Assembly: GCA_965216315.1 (NCBI GenBank)
Contig: CBDCFN010000016.1
Span: forward strand, 1,056,001 to 1,120,000
Length of the DNA: 64,000 nucleotides
From: a bacterium
Lineage (GTDB): Bacteria; UBA10199; 2-02-FULL-50-16; JAJFLM01
Direction of reading: 5' to 3'
Under the pieces are notes generated by a model, which saw only the letters and a list, made by a program, of their open reading frames with translations, was not told the DNA's origin and did not search any database. The position numbers were made by a program, and so were the translations under genes. Positions 29,801-38,334 of this stretch are shown piece after piece (the stretch's first letter is position 1; the number at the start of each line of letters is the position of its first letter).

Positions 29801-30394
29801 AGTTACAATCTTGCGACGGTTGATGGCGGGGGTGTTTCTGCCGAACTTGGCGTTGCACTTAATATGCTCAACAGTACGGTCAGTGGTAACGCCTGTTTCA
29901 AACACGGAGCGGGAATTGATGCCCTAGGCACGAGCCATCTTCACTACGTAACGATTACAGGAAATGTGGCGGATCTAGATGAAGATAACGTTGGTGCCGG
30001 TGGCGGAATGAGTTTCTCGGACAACATGCACATGGAGAATTCACTTCTCGCAATGAATCGAACGTATAGCGGTGATGGTCATGATTGCTCCGGTAAAATT
30101 AAGTCTGATGGTTATAATCTGATTCGTGACTACGATGATACGAATTGCAAGCTGGACCCTGCGGGATACGATCCGGCCTCTAAAGACATCACCGGTCTCA
30201 CCAATGATCCTAAGCTAGGTCTATTGAAAGATAATGGCGGCTCCACTCCGACGCACGCGATTAACGAAGGCAGTGTTGCCATTGATGCGGCTGATCCCAA
30301 TAGTGCTGAAGCAAAGGATCAACGTCAGGCACCGCGCCCTGCCGGGAATCATAATGATATAGGTGCCTTTGAATACAACAGCCAAGCGCCTTAA
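26897..30394 (+). CDS. Tandem beta-helix (GGAI/Pmp-like, choice-of-anchor Q-like) surface protein with an internal sorting signal
   Basis: Two homologous modules, each with GGAI/GGGI repeats and DNGGxTPTHA..GS.AID..DQR..D(V/I)GA(Y/F)E. They are joined by GGSCGC, a TM helix, RFRRHK and a second signal peptide. Confidence 0.85.
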   Translation: MSVVRLELRRYRRPAWAVVVTVITFFLCAPVFAATLQVDMKDPDCGQVNKPYCKIENAINNSAAGDTIEIASGIYIENVMVGHDLTINGEDRDTTIVDGNNVTYGARFAPSTTVTVNNMTFRNGKYSRGAGIYTYAQQLTLNNVALKHNSADVNGGAIQFERGNLTINDSIIERNRASEFGGAIYVHPDATLLTINNSKIRHNNAGVEGGAIFHQGEKVKLDKGTRIQGNKAIQDGGALFVHQEADDLEIHDSSILFNRTEKRGGAMFLHGGNVTIKGSHINHNTALGQGINQNGGGAIYANGSQMNIDNTVISGNRTEGSGGGILLRASGDLVITNSVLSYNYAGFNGGGFDLALQGTTLDARNVTISGNAAKKRGGGLFSNNHVHSKLNNVTITKNIAAAVNDPDGHGGGIYLFSMPNNDKLVFEMSNTIVAGNKSLINSGNDCLTAATKLKSLGHNIVGDLGAQCTLDPAAGDPASTDQTGVPDVMLGVLADNGGPTPTHALLEGSPAIDKGNNDSCESADQRGYDRPFDGDENGVADCDVGAYEFGAEGDGEPDDGGDPGDTPADEGVLPGPDGGAGDGAGEANGAKELLEVQGGGSCGCDIRGVQAAPTWMHAWLALMGAFFAVIIGLRFRRHKVKASLFLVVLSLLVWSQHVEAASTLKVDRSDLNCQAAAEPYCTIQAAIDDATAGDTIEIAAGLYFENLIVPDNKELIIKGKGYSQTILDGRNLGPVIELKTFTDVEIEGVTLRHGKAPFGGGIITVGDDLEVRNSVIAFNSATNVSGGGIYSAANLGRLKLVNSTVHYNAVTGPNGNGGGIYWSGIGGAFLDKTHVVGNYGDGNGAGVHIASGAALTMTEGKIAANRAGDNGGGLFHASTGELSVNKTVIRENHAGLAGAGVYIGNQVTESKILQSQIKGNHVSQSDGGGILHGGGKLTLVDTEVSGNRAAEGAGIRATANLDIERSTMSYNLATVDGGGVSAELGVALNMLNSTVSGNACFKHGAGIDALGTSHLHYVTITGNVADLDEDNVGAGGGMSFSDNMHMENSLLAMNRTYSGDGHDCSGKIKSDGYNLIRDYDDTNCKLDPAGYDPASKDITGLTNDPKLGLLKDNGGSTPTHAINEGSVAIDAADPNSAEAKDQRQAPRPAGNHNDIGAFEYNSQAP

Positions 30395-33324
30395 GGTCGT
30401 CCCAGATTATACACAGGCATGAGTCCGATTTTGCCGATAGTGTCCCGGCGGTAGGGGCGTATCATTTCAGGGTTGCGTGGTTGAGTGTCGTAGGCGGCTC
30501 CAAAAGTCCAAATGAGTTGATCCTTTTCCTGGTCTGTTAATTGATCTAGATCCTTCATGAGTAATTGTTCGATCCGTTTTCTGAACAATCGAAACATGCG
30601 ATCCTGGTGATCCTTGGGAACTTGAAAGAAACGTTCAACATTGCCGACCATGTGATTGATACGGCGGATATCGTGCCCATTTTCATCAACGACGGAGTAG
30701 GGGGAACTGTCCAGCATAGGCTCGGATACAGGAACCGGCTCAGAAGCCTCGCCGATAATGGCGTGAGCCGCTTCACCATGGTCGGGATCTGCATTCCCCC
30801 AGCCCCATTTGCGCAGGTCGACTCCGCGGGTAGGGAGTTTTAATTGGTCAAGCGTGGGTAGGACAGCGCCCGGCATCTCTCGGGTCATAAACTCCAGAGC
30901 GGAGGTCACGTGGATATTGTAGATAGGCAGGTCCGGATCGGGAATCATTCCCACTCGATCGACAAAGCTTCCCCCATTCCTGGTTTCATCCCAGCGCCAC
31001 AGCGGTCCATTGGCATCGTAAGGGACATGGCGCAGCGCGGCTTCTATTCCATGGTTGTTGGCGTAATTGAGTAGGAATCGGTTCCAATCTCCATTCGTAA
31101 TCAGTGGGTGCAGCAAATAGTCTTCGGGTACATGTCGAACATCGTTGTCAGGTATTGCCGCTGAATAAGAACTCTGCCCTGTCCATACCGCTACGGAACC
31201 CGCGGGGATGAGCAGGCTTTTTTTACGTGCCCACTTGGGGATGGTTTTCATCGGATAGGCGGGAACGCGGAAAGTAAAACGACCCGGTCGCGCGGGAAGC
31301 GGCATGGAAACCGGCATATAATCATTGGCTATCAGGGTGAAACGATGGGCACCCCCCCGCTTGAATGAGTTATATCCCTTTGGAATTCCCGCAATGGCCT
31401 GAACCGGATAGTGGAAATTACTCAAATCCCCCCCGATATTTTCAGCATGCGCCAGTATTACCCTTGGCGATGAACTTTTGCTTAAGCGTCCGTCTAATTT
31501 AAATTGGACATCGATATTCTGGGCGACACGCTGATAACGCTCGTCGCTATTGTCTAATTCTCTCAATAGGACCCTGCTCGTCGCTTGGATGAGACGATCA
31601 ATTCCATTTCTGTCAGCATATTCCCAAAGGCGAAAATTGAGCTCGATGATTTTATCTCGGATGGGTGCGAGTTCGTAGCGCCGATAGGCTTCTTCATATT
31701 CACGTAAGGCAGTACTCATCATTTTTTCCCACTGATTTTCGATGCGACGTTGTTCTGCCAGCGCATGTCGACGAGATTCGCGGTAAGTCATAGGGACTTG
31801 ACTATGACGTTGTCGCCGTTTTCCCTGACTGGCGGTATGCTCCAATTCACGTGCCTTATGCGTGACAAAATCCGCTAGCATTTCGGCTGCATCTTGATGG
31901 CGGTCCTCCGGGTCGTGAGAGAGGGCACGCATGATTAATTGATCAAGCCAAACAGGGATCTTTGGATTGAGTTTGCGCGGTCTTTTCGGTGGATCTGTCT
32001 CCATGATGCGGTGGGAGATATAGGACAGGGGAGATTGTCCCGTCGTACGTGGATAGGGTAACTCTCCGGTCAAGAGTTCATAAAGCATGGCCCCGAGTGA
32101 ATAGACATCCTGACGTGGGTCGGGTTTGTAGCCATAGATGGCTTCGTAAGAGGCGTATTCAAGCGTACAGTTAAGGCGAATATCCTCTTTTTTCGGTTCG
32201 ACGTATTCTGAAAGTCGCAGTGCGATACCAAAATCAGCGAGTTTAATCGTTCCATCTTCAAGGACGAGATAATTATCCGGCTTAATGTCGCGATGAACGA
32301 TACCACGGGCATGGCAGGAGGTTGCCACTCTATGAATAAGATCACGCAGGATATTGATCGCTGCTTCCATGCTATGAGCCTTATTGAAAAAATATTGGGT
32401 GAGGGTGCCTTCTTCCGCATATTCCATGGCGAGAAAGGGGGCCCCCGTAGAGGTGTGCCCGGCGCCGTAAATCTGAATGGCACCGGGAGGGTTGTCTTTG
32501 AGCAATCTGACCTCATTCTCAAATCGCGTCATGGCGGCTTGCTGCCGAGAGGCTAAATGAATAATTTTAAGCACGGCGGTTCGTTCCACGTTCCCTATTA
32601 GATGCTGTGTCGCTAAATAGGCATGCCCCTCGCCACCGGATGCTAACCATTTGAGGGTGTGGAAATTAGAAGGGTGCTGTTCGCCTGAATGTTCAGCCAG
32701 GCGCAATAAATAGCCCTTCTCATCGGAGGTGATATCGGCCGAGAAAGGGCCCTCTTTTACTTCTTCAATTCCTTCAACTTCATCTTCACCGCGATCGACG
32801 ATGTAGGTGTCAATGGACTGCTGGATCGCTGCGGCGGGAGCTTCTATGGCCGCCGCCATACCTTGGATGGTTTTTAGGGTCATCTCACGGGTCTGGCGCG
32901 TGTCGATATCATCTTCAACGGCAGGAGTTTCATCAGATTCAATGTGAAATATTTCTCTCGCATGGCGATCAATTTCACTGATGTCATTAGATTTCGGCAG
33001 GGCCAGGGTCGTGATCAGGCTGTCGATGAGCAGCTGACTGCTGAAAAGCTCGCCGGTTTGTTTCATTGATGACTGCTCTAGACCCATAAGCGCTTCGTCT
33101 ATATTGAAAATAAGGAGACGGCGCGCTTCGCGCGGTATAACCTCGAAATTTCGGACCTTCATTCTGAATTCTGTCCCTGTTGCGACAATCTCGCCAAGAT
33201 GCATTTCGGGTTGTTGCTTGCATGTTGTATAGAGAGTCTGGACCATGCCGCGATATTGGGTGAGGGGACCACTGGCCGCGAGGAGCGCAGAGGTTTGAAA
33301 TAATTGGGCCGTATTCATCAACAT
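30391..33324 (-). CDS. Ser/Thr protein kinase with a C-terminal divergent FGE-sulfatase-like domain
   Basis: Kinase motifs HRDIKPDN, DFG and DVYSLG. C-terminus has LPTLDQLKLPTRGVDLRKWGWG, DSSPY and HMVGNV. Confidence 0.82.
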   Translation of the reverse strand: MLMNTAQLFQTSALLAASGPLTQYRGMVQTLYTTCKQQPEMHLGEIVATGTEFRMKVRNFEVIPREARRLLIFNIDEALMGLEQSSMKQTGELFSSQLLIDSLITTLALPKSNDISEIDRHAREIFHIESDETPAVEDDIDTRQTREMTLKTIQGMAAAIEAPAAAIQQSIDTYIVDRGEDEVEGIEEVKEGPFSADITSDEKGYLLRLAEHSGEQHPSNFHTLKWLASGGEGHAYLATQHLIGNVERTAVLKIIHLASRQQAAMTRFENEVRLLKDNPPGAIQIYGAGHTSTGAPFLAMEYAEEGTLTQYFFNKAHSMEAAINILRDLIHRVATSCHARGIVHRDIKPDNYLVLEDGTIKLADFGIALRLSEYVEPKKEDIRLNCTLEYASYEAIYGYKPDPRQDVYSLGAMLYELLTGELPYPRTTGQSPLSYISHRIMETDPPKRPRKLNPKIPVWLDQLIMRALSHDPEDRHQDAAEMLADFVTHKARELEHTASQGKRRQRHSQVPMTYRESRRHALAEQRRIENQWEKMMSTALREYEEAYRRYELAPIRDKIIELNFRLWEYADRNGIDRLIQATSRVLLRELDNSDERYQRVAQNIDVQFKLDGRLSKSSSPRVILAHAENIGGDLSNFHYPVQAIAGIPKGYNSFKRGGAHRFTLIANDYMPVSMPLPARPGRFTFRVPAYPMKTIPKWARKKSLLIPAGSVAVWTGQSSYSAAIPDNDVRHVPEDYLLHPLITNGDWNRFLLNYANNHGIEAALRHVPYDANGPLWRWDETRNGGSFVDRVGMIPDPDLPIYNIHVTSALEFMTREMPGAVLPTLDQLKLPTRGVDLRKWGWGNADPDHGEAAHAIIGEASEPVPVSEPMLDSSPYSVVDENGHDIRRINHMVGNVERFFQVPKDHQDRMFRLFRKRIEQLLMKDLDQLTDQEKDQLIWTFGAAYDTQPRNPEMIRPYRRDTIGKIGLMPVYNLGRP

Positions 33325-33328
33325 GAGC

Positions 33329-36292
33329 TTACCGAGTCAAGGTGGATACCATGGGTGTGGGGACGGCACCCTGTTCCGCGGTTCTTAATTTGATAACGGG
33401 GTTAAATCCTACCAAGGCTAAGGCTGAGGTGTCATGGACGGGGATGGGTTGAGCTATCTCCAAGTCTTTAGGCGTGAAACTATTGTAAGGAGCTCCTGCC
33501 GTAAAATACCAGTGATCAAATGGATTGTCTGTTTTGACGTACTCAAGCCCTGAATAATCGAGTAACATGTTAGCGGCAGAGCTGCCATCGACTCGCAATA
33601 GAGTCCTAACCCCGCTCACCATAAAGCGGACGGCTTGTTCCGGTCCCATTTCTCCCATGATTGAAAAGGGCGAAAAGTCGAGCATGGGATAGTTGTCAAA
33701 AAAACCGTCAAAATCGTTGGTCGGGATGCGCGCCGGAACCTTAAAGCCGGGAAATCGCCAGACGGCGATCCCTCTCCGTGTATCATCCCCCCAGGGATAA
33801 ATGCGGCGATCATTGCCGCGCATCGCGCGTTTCCATTCATTGAGGTCCGCCGGAAGGACGGTGTAGCCGTATTTTTTGATAAAATCACTGTAGGCATATC
33901 TTAAATAATGGACGGCATGCGCATAGCCGACGCCGGTTACGGCCGCATTTTCGATGAGTGGTCGATCATTCCTGTCTCTTAAAGTTAATGATTGATTAAA
34001 TTGGCCATTCAATAAGGCCATGTGAACATCTTCGTGCCAATGAGCGGGGATTGCATTGGCGAAGGCTGCCAGTGCTTGTTGCCGATTTTTTCGTTTACGC
34101 CGATTAATGAGGCGTCGTGTTGCAATCAAAAACTTTAGATAATCCTTGTTTGTTACCTTTGGCCCAAGCCAGTAATCGTAAGGAACGATTCGCAAATCTT
34201 TCTTGGGGATCTTTTCACTGAAACGACTCCTGAAATCACGGACGGCAACGGGACCAGCGGGAACGACAATGCCATCGAGTGGTAATGATTCACGATGATA
34301 ACGCGGTATTCGCAGAGTATGTGGTGATGAAGAAGGTCGTGCCGGTACGGGAACCCCAATTGGATGATAAAGCGGGTGATCAACCATGAGGTAATGGGAG
34401 TTGCCACGTGGAACTTTAATGATATTCTGAGGGATGCCGCGCGTTGTCTCCTGATAACCTTGCCACTTCAGTACGCCGTGAACATCCTGAGAGTGGCCGA
34501 TGGAAACTGTATAGTTGCTGTCATTGGGGTCCGCACCATCGAAGTCGAGTTGTATGCTGATGCGCCGGCTAAGCATGGGGAGCTGCATGCTCTTGGGTTC
34601 ATATCTCTCCCATTCCCTAATGAGACTCTGCCGTTCGCCTTCATTGCCGCGCATGTCGGCCCATTTAACCAGGTCGGAGATTCGATTGACGATCTCTTGT
34701 AAAATTGCGCCTTTAGGGTAGAGTTTGTAGGCATCCTTATATTCTTGCAGGGCCCTTTGTTGGTGATGTTTCCACTCCAGTTTGTGTTCAGCCGCAAGCT
34801 CCTTGTCAGGTTCTTTTCTTCGGAGGATCTTAAGGTATTCAGTCTCTGCTTGAGCGGCCGCTTGTTCATGGGCACGTGCTTTGTAGGTGCTCAAATCGAC
34901 GAGCAGGGCCTCAGCATTGGGGTAGCGTGCATCAATGTCTCGGGACATCGCCTTAAGCACAATGCGATCAAGTTCTGCCGGAATTTCTCGATCGGGAGAA
35001 ACTTGGCTGGGTCGAGGGGGGTCAATCTGTGACTTATCGAGATATTGACTGATATGATTCTTGCGGTGATCATAGGGGAGCTGGCCTGTGAGTAATTCAA
35101 AGAGTAGGACGCCGAGGGAATAGACGTCGCGCGTGTAATCATCTGGGTGCTGTTCGAGCCAGGCCTCCATGGGCATGTAGGGTGGTGTCCCTTGAACATT
35201 TTTTGTTTTCTGCTGTGATATCTGTTCAATGGTTTGGGCAATGCCGAAATCTCCAAATTTCAAAGAGCGCGCTTCTTTCGAGCGTACCATGAAGAAATTT
35301 TCCGGCTTAATGTCCTTATGGACAATGCCAATCGTGTGTGCTTCGTCAACGGCAGCGGTCGCTTGCAAGGCAAGTGTAATAATCGTTTCAAGGTCGAATT
35401 CAATTTGACCATCATTTATCTCTTCAATATGCTCCATGAGATTACCGTGCATGCGTTCCATGATGATGAACGGTTCGCCGGCTTCACTTTTTCCCGTGTC
35501 ATGGATAACAACGATGCGACGATTTTCATCTTCCATGCGTCCTTGAAGTCGGGCTTCGTTGCGAAAGTATTCCATATGCTCCGCGGCATTCTCTCCGGTC
35601 TTATTGATGACTTTGATCGCAACGAAACGGTCCATTTTGACGTCATATGCTTCATAGACGAGGCCTCCACCGCCTTCTCCAAGCACGTCGGTAAGCTGGT
35701 ATTGAATTTCATCGCGTCCACTGATGCGAAAGGGGATGGGATCCTCACGGGTTGGAATTTCTTGAGACGTGTCATCCGAGCTGATGACAACTTGCTCAGG
35801 TTCAGTGGCTTCAACTTCCGTACGAGTCTTGCCGAAACGAATTCCTTTGCGGGAGCGCAAATGGCCTATTCCGACTAAGGTACTGTGCCGAAGTTGCTGC
35901 CAGGGAGGGCTCCAGAGTTTTGTTTGGCGAAAGAGCCGGTCTAAGGCTTCCTCGGCGGGCTCATTTTGCCGCGGCAGGAGTTCGTACAGATAAAGATCGT
36001 TGAGGAAGGTGTTGAGCGCAATCTGTGTGGCCGGATTCGTGGTGTAGGCCAATAATAAATTGTCGCGTATCATTTCGGCGTTCTTGATCACGTCCTCAGG
36101 CATGTTCATTTCAATGAGACCATTGGTTAGCTGACTCATCGGGGGGACGAGTTGTTGAACGCCGATCGCGTCGTGTGCGGCGCCGAGCGCATGAACTTGC
36201 GTGACAGCTTCAATATAGAGCTGGCTAGCCGTTGTGCCGCTGGATGCCAAGAGAGATGAAGCACCCAAACTCGTGACCGGTGAGAAGAGCAT
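33329..36292 (-). CDS. Ser/Thr protein kinase with a C-terminal divergent FGE-sulfatase-like domain (paralogue)
   Basis: Kinase motifs LGEGGGG, VAIK, HKDIKPEN, DFG and GTPPYM. C-terminus has EWKRAMRGNDRRIYPWGD and DFSPF. Start at ATG 36292 (alternative 36313). Confidence 0.85.
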   Translation of the reverse strand: MLFSPVTSLGASSLLASSGTTASQLYIEAVTQVHALGAAHDAIGVQQLVPPMSQLTNGLIEMNMPEDVIKNAEMIRDNLLLAYTTNPATQIALNTFLNDLYLYELLPRQNEPAEEALDRLFRQTKLWSPPWQQLRHSTLVGIGHLRSRKGIRFGKTRTEVEATEPEQVVISSDDTSQEIPTREDPIPFRISGRDEIQYQLTDVLGEGGGGLVYEAYDVKMDRFVAIKVINKTGENAAEHMEYFRNEARLQGRMEDENRRIVVIHDTGKSEAGEPFIIMERMHGNLMEHIEEINDGQIEFDLETIITLALQATAAVDEAHTIGIVHKDIKPENFFMVRSKEARSLKFGDFGIAQTIEQISQQKTKNVQGTPPYMPMEAWLEQHPDDYTRDVYSLGVLLFELLTGQLPYDHRKNHISQYLDKSQIDPPRPSQVSPDREIPAELDRIVLKAMSRDIDARYPNAEALLVDLSTYKARAHEQAAAQAETEYLKILRRKEPDKELAAEHKLEWKHHQQRALQEYKDAYKLYPKGAILQEIVNRISDLVKWADMRGNEGERQSLIREWERYEPKSMQLPMLSRRISIQLDFDGADPNDSNYTVSIGHSQDVHGVLKWQGYQETTRGIPQNIIKVPRGNSHYLMVDHPLYHPIGVPVPARPSSSPHTLRIPRYHRESLPLDGIVVPAGPVAVRDFRSRFSEKIPKKDLRIVPYDYWLGPKVTNKDYLKFLIATRRLINRRKRKNRQQALAAFANAIPAHWHEDVHMALLNGQFNQSLTLRDRNDRPLIENAAVTGVGYAHAVHYLRYAYSDFIKKYGYTVLPADLNEWKRAMRGNDRRIYPWGDDTRRGIAVWRFPGFKVPARIPTNDFDGFFDNYPMLDFSPFSIMGEMGPEQAVRFMVSGVRTLLRVDGSSAANMLLDYSGLEYVKTDNPFDHWYFTAGAPYNSFTPKDLEIAQPIPVHDTSALALVGFNPVIKLRTAEQGAVPTPMVSTLTR

Positions 36293-36302
36293 CGCTCCTT
36301 TT

Positions 36303-36328
36303 TCGCCAATCATCTTCGATAGTTGTGT
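36303..36328 (-). promoter_or_regulatory. Alternative-sigma promoter-like motif ACACAAC-N15-GCGA
   Basis: Minus strand reads ACACAAC TATCGAAGATGATTG GCGA AAAAGGAGCG ATG. Confidence 0.55.
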
Positions 36329-36370
36329 AATTTTTCAGATAGGAACGAAGGCCGCTAAGTCCCAATAAAC

Positions 36371-36396
36371 ACGCAACAAATTGGCTCAAGAACCGA
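36371..36396 (+). promoter_or_regulatory. Alternative-sigma promoter-like motif ACGCAAC-N15-CCGA
   Basis: ACGCAAC AAATTGGCTCAAGAA CCGA, upstream of the GGAGG SD and GTG 36435. Confidence 0.62.
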
Positions 36397-36434
36397 AGGT
36401 TCAGCTGGGGCGTAGGCTTTGGAGGGAGATAGGA

Positions 36435-38273
36435 GTGAGCCTGGCAGTATCTCAGCTCGGTTTTTCGTCGAGTTTTGTCGGGATGGGTGCAATCTGCGCA
36501 TCTTTGCCGGCGCGCCCGATTAATCTCGGTCGAGTGCCAGCCCTCGATCACTTCATATCCCAGCCCCCCTCTAACGACCAAATTCGACCTAGTTGGAGCA
36601 GCCAACGTTCTACGGGTTCCCGGCATATTCTGGCCGCCGCACCGACGCGGGGTGGCGTGTCAACCGCGACAACCGTGGGTCCCGGCGGGCTCCGTGGCAG
36701 TGGCGGAGGTGGTCCCATTCAGCCAGGACACGTCTTTAAGCTGCCGAGAGGCGGCATGATTGTTTATACCTCTGCAGGGTGGCTTCAGATTGGTGTGCCC
36801 ATGTGGACCAACAAAGATGCGCGTTGGCTCTACGATCTAGCGGATGGCAGTCAGGCGAGTCCGGAGCAAATTCCTCACATCATGCCCACAATCTATATCT
36901 TTGATCTCGATTATGTGCCTGCAACGGACGGGCTTATTCCTGCTGATTTTCTGCAGTATATGAATTTTGTTACGCGAACCGCGCATAACCCGAAAGGAAT
37001 TACCTTTGAAATGATCGCGCCGGATAATGCGACGGCACGTCGGCTGGAAGACTATCTCAACTTAGTTTTCTTAGGCCCCGATGATCCTGATTTGTCCGAG
37101 CGCGTTCGCCAAGAGTATCCTCCGGGCGCGACCGGAGTGCCTGATTTGCTGGCTGAGATGCATCAGGGATTTCCGGCGGCAGCTCCTGACGTATTGCGCC
37201 GGATACACGCTATGGACGCAAACAATGGTTTCGCCACCGGTCAGGTGACTGTGCGCAAGATTGGTTCTCAACTCTATGAGGTGCAGGATGGGACTGATAT
37301 CACTCAGGTGGATCTGGCGCAGGCTCCGATCCGCGGAGTGAACTTAGCTCAAAGCCTTCCCTCATGGGAATCGCCCGCCCATGAAGATGTCTGGAATGGC
37401 GTGGTGAAACAACAGCGTCCAGGCATTTGGCCGATAGGGACGGGCCATGGGTTTACTGCGGATAAAGAAACCAGCGGATTTATTATTTTTAATGGGGGCC
37501 GTGCCTTATTGGTGGATCCACCCTCAAATACAGATGAATTTCTGGTGACCAACCAAATCCCGCTGGCCATGGTGCATGGTGCACTGCTGACGCACGGTCA
37601 TACGGACCATTATGGCAATGCGATTCCCAAGCTGATTTCAATGTTGCCGAGTCTTAAGCTCTACACGACGCCGACTATCTATGACATGTTGCAGGAGCAG
37701 TATGCGTTATCATTAGGCGCCAACTTTTCAGGCGGGCTGGGTCGCTGGACATTCGATCCGATAGCGCCGCAGGAGTTTAAACAGATTATTGGCATGCATT
37801 TTCGGCCCGAGTATACTTTTCATAGCATTCCGACTTTAGGTTTCGATATTTATCGTCGCCCCGTGCAGGATCGCGGTGAGCGTATCGTCATGTTTACAGG
37901 CGATACAAACGCCGATCATGAGCGCATTTTCGATCACACGCAGACGGCTAAGGATGGAACGCCCCCCCTGATGAGCTATGAGCGCGCTCAAAATATTATC
38001 CGCCACGTCGATGGAGTGCTAATGCCCCCCCGGGGTGCACGACCGCCTGTTGTCCTGATCGATAACGGGATTGAGCCCTTACACACGCCCCCGGCGGCGA
38101 CGCAAAAGCTTCTTGTCGAGGCGATTCAGCGTGGTATCGATGTCTCCCGGATACGGGTCTATCATATTGACAGTAAGGAGGCCCGTCGTCATGGCTTGCC
38201 GGAATGGCTGGAAGGGTGGCGCGGCTTTATCGACCTTTCTCAGTATTTTCAGAGGTTTAGAAGCAGCCCCTGA
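36435..38273 (+). CDS. MBL-fold metallohydrolase, putative cyclic-nucleotide phosphodiesterase
   Basis: THGHTDH (HxHxDH), HSIPT and FTGDT. LPRGG..LQIGVP and GHGF..TSGFIIFNGG..VDPP are motifs I recall from PdeD-like MBL phosphodiesterases. Gly/Ser/Pro-rich N-terminal extension. Confidence 0.75.
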   Translation: MSLAVSQLGFSSSFVGMGAICASLPARPINLGRVPALDHFISQPPSNDQIRPSWSSQRSTGSRHILAAAPTRGGVSTATTVGPGGLRGSGGGGPIQPGHVFKLPRGGMIVYTSAGWLQIGVPMWTNKDARWLYDLADGSQASPEQIPHIMPTIYIFDLDYVPATDGLIPADFLQYMNFVTRTAHNPKGITFEMIAPDNATARRLEDYLNLVFLGPDDPDLSERVRQEYPPGATGVPDLLAEMHQGFPAAAPDVLRRIHAMDANNGFATGQVTVRKIGSQLYEVQDGTDITQVDLAQAPIRGVNLAQSLPSWESPAHEDVWNGVVKQQRPGIWPIGTGHGFTADKETSGFIIFNGGRALLVDPPSNTDEFLVTNQIPLAMVHGALLTHGHTDHYGNAIPKLISMLPSLKLYTTPTIYDMLQEQYALSLGANFSGGLGRWTFDPIAPQEFKQIIGMHFRPEYTFHSIPTLGFDIYRRPVQDRGERIVMFTGDTNADHERIFDHTQTAKDGTPPLMSYERAQNIIRHVDGVLMPPRGARPPVVLIDNGIEPLHTPPAATQKLLVEAIQRGIDVSRIRVYHIDSKEARRHGLPEWLEGWRGFIDLSQYFQRFRSSP

Positions 38274-38290
38274 AGTGAAATCTTGAATAA

Positions 38291-38316
38291 AAACAACAAT
38301 TTTGCCCCCCGGCCGA
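38291..38316 (+). promoter_or_regulatory. Alternative-sigma promoter-like motif AAACAAC-N15-CCGA
   Basis: AAACAAC AATTTTGCCCCCCGG CCGA AGAAG, 18 nt before ATG 38335. Confidence 0.6.
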
Positions 38317-38334
38317 AGAAGCGGGGAAGCTGTG

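Noticed and set aside
33325..33370. A separate CAAC-N15-CCGA promoter for the downstream kinase paralogue
   Set aside because: No match was found; the gene is 4 nt from the upstream stop and is probably co-transcribed.
30391..36292. Diversity-generating retroelement targeting the FGE/CLec domains
   Set aside because: No reverse transcriptase and no template/variable repeat pair is visible in the window.
36381..36434. ORF-track TTG starts at 36381 and 38302
   Set aside because: Both fall inside the promoter-like motif. GTG 36435 (with SD) and ATG 38335 are more plausible.
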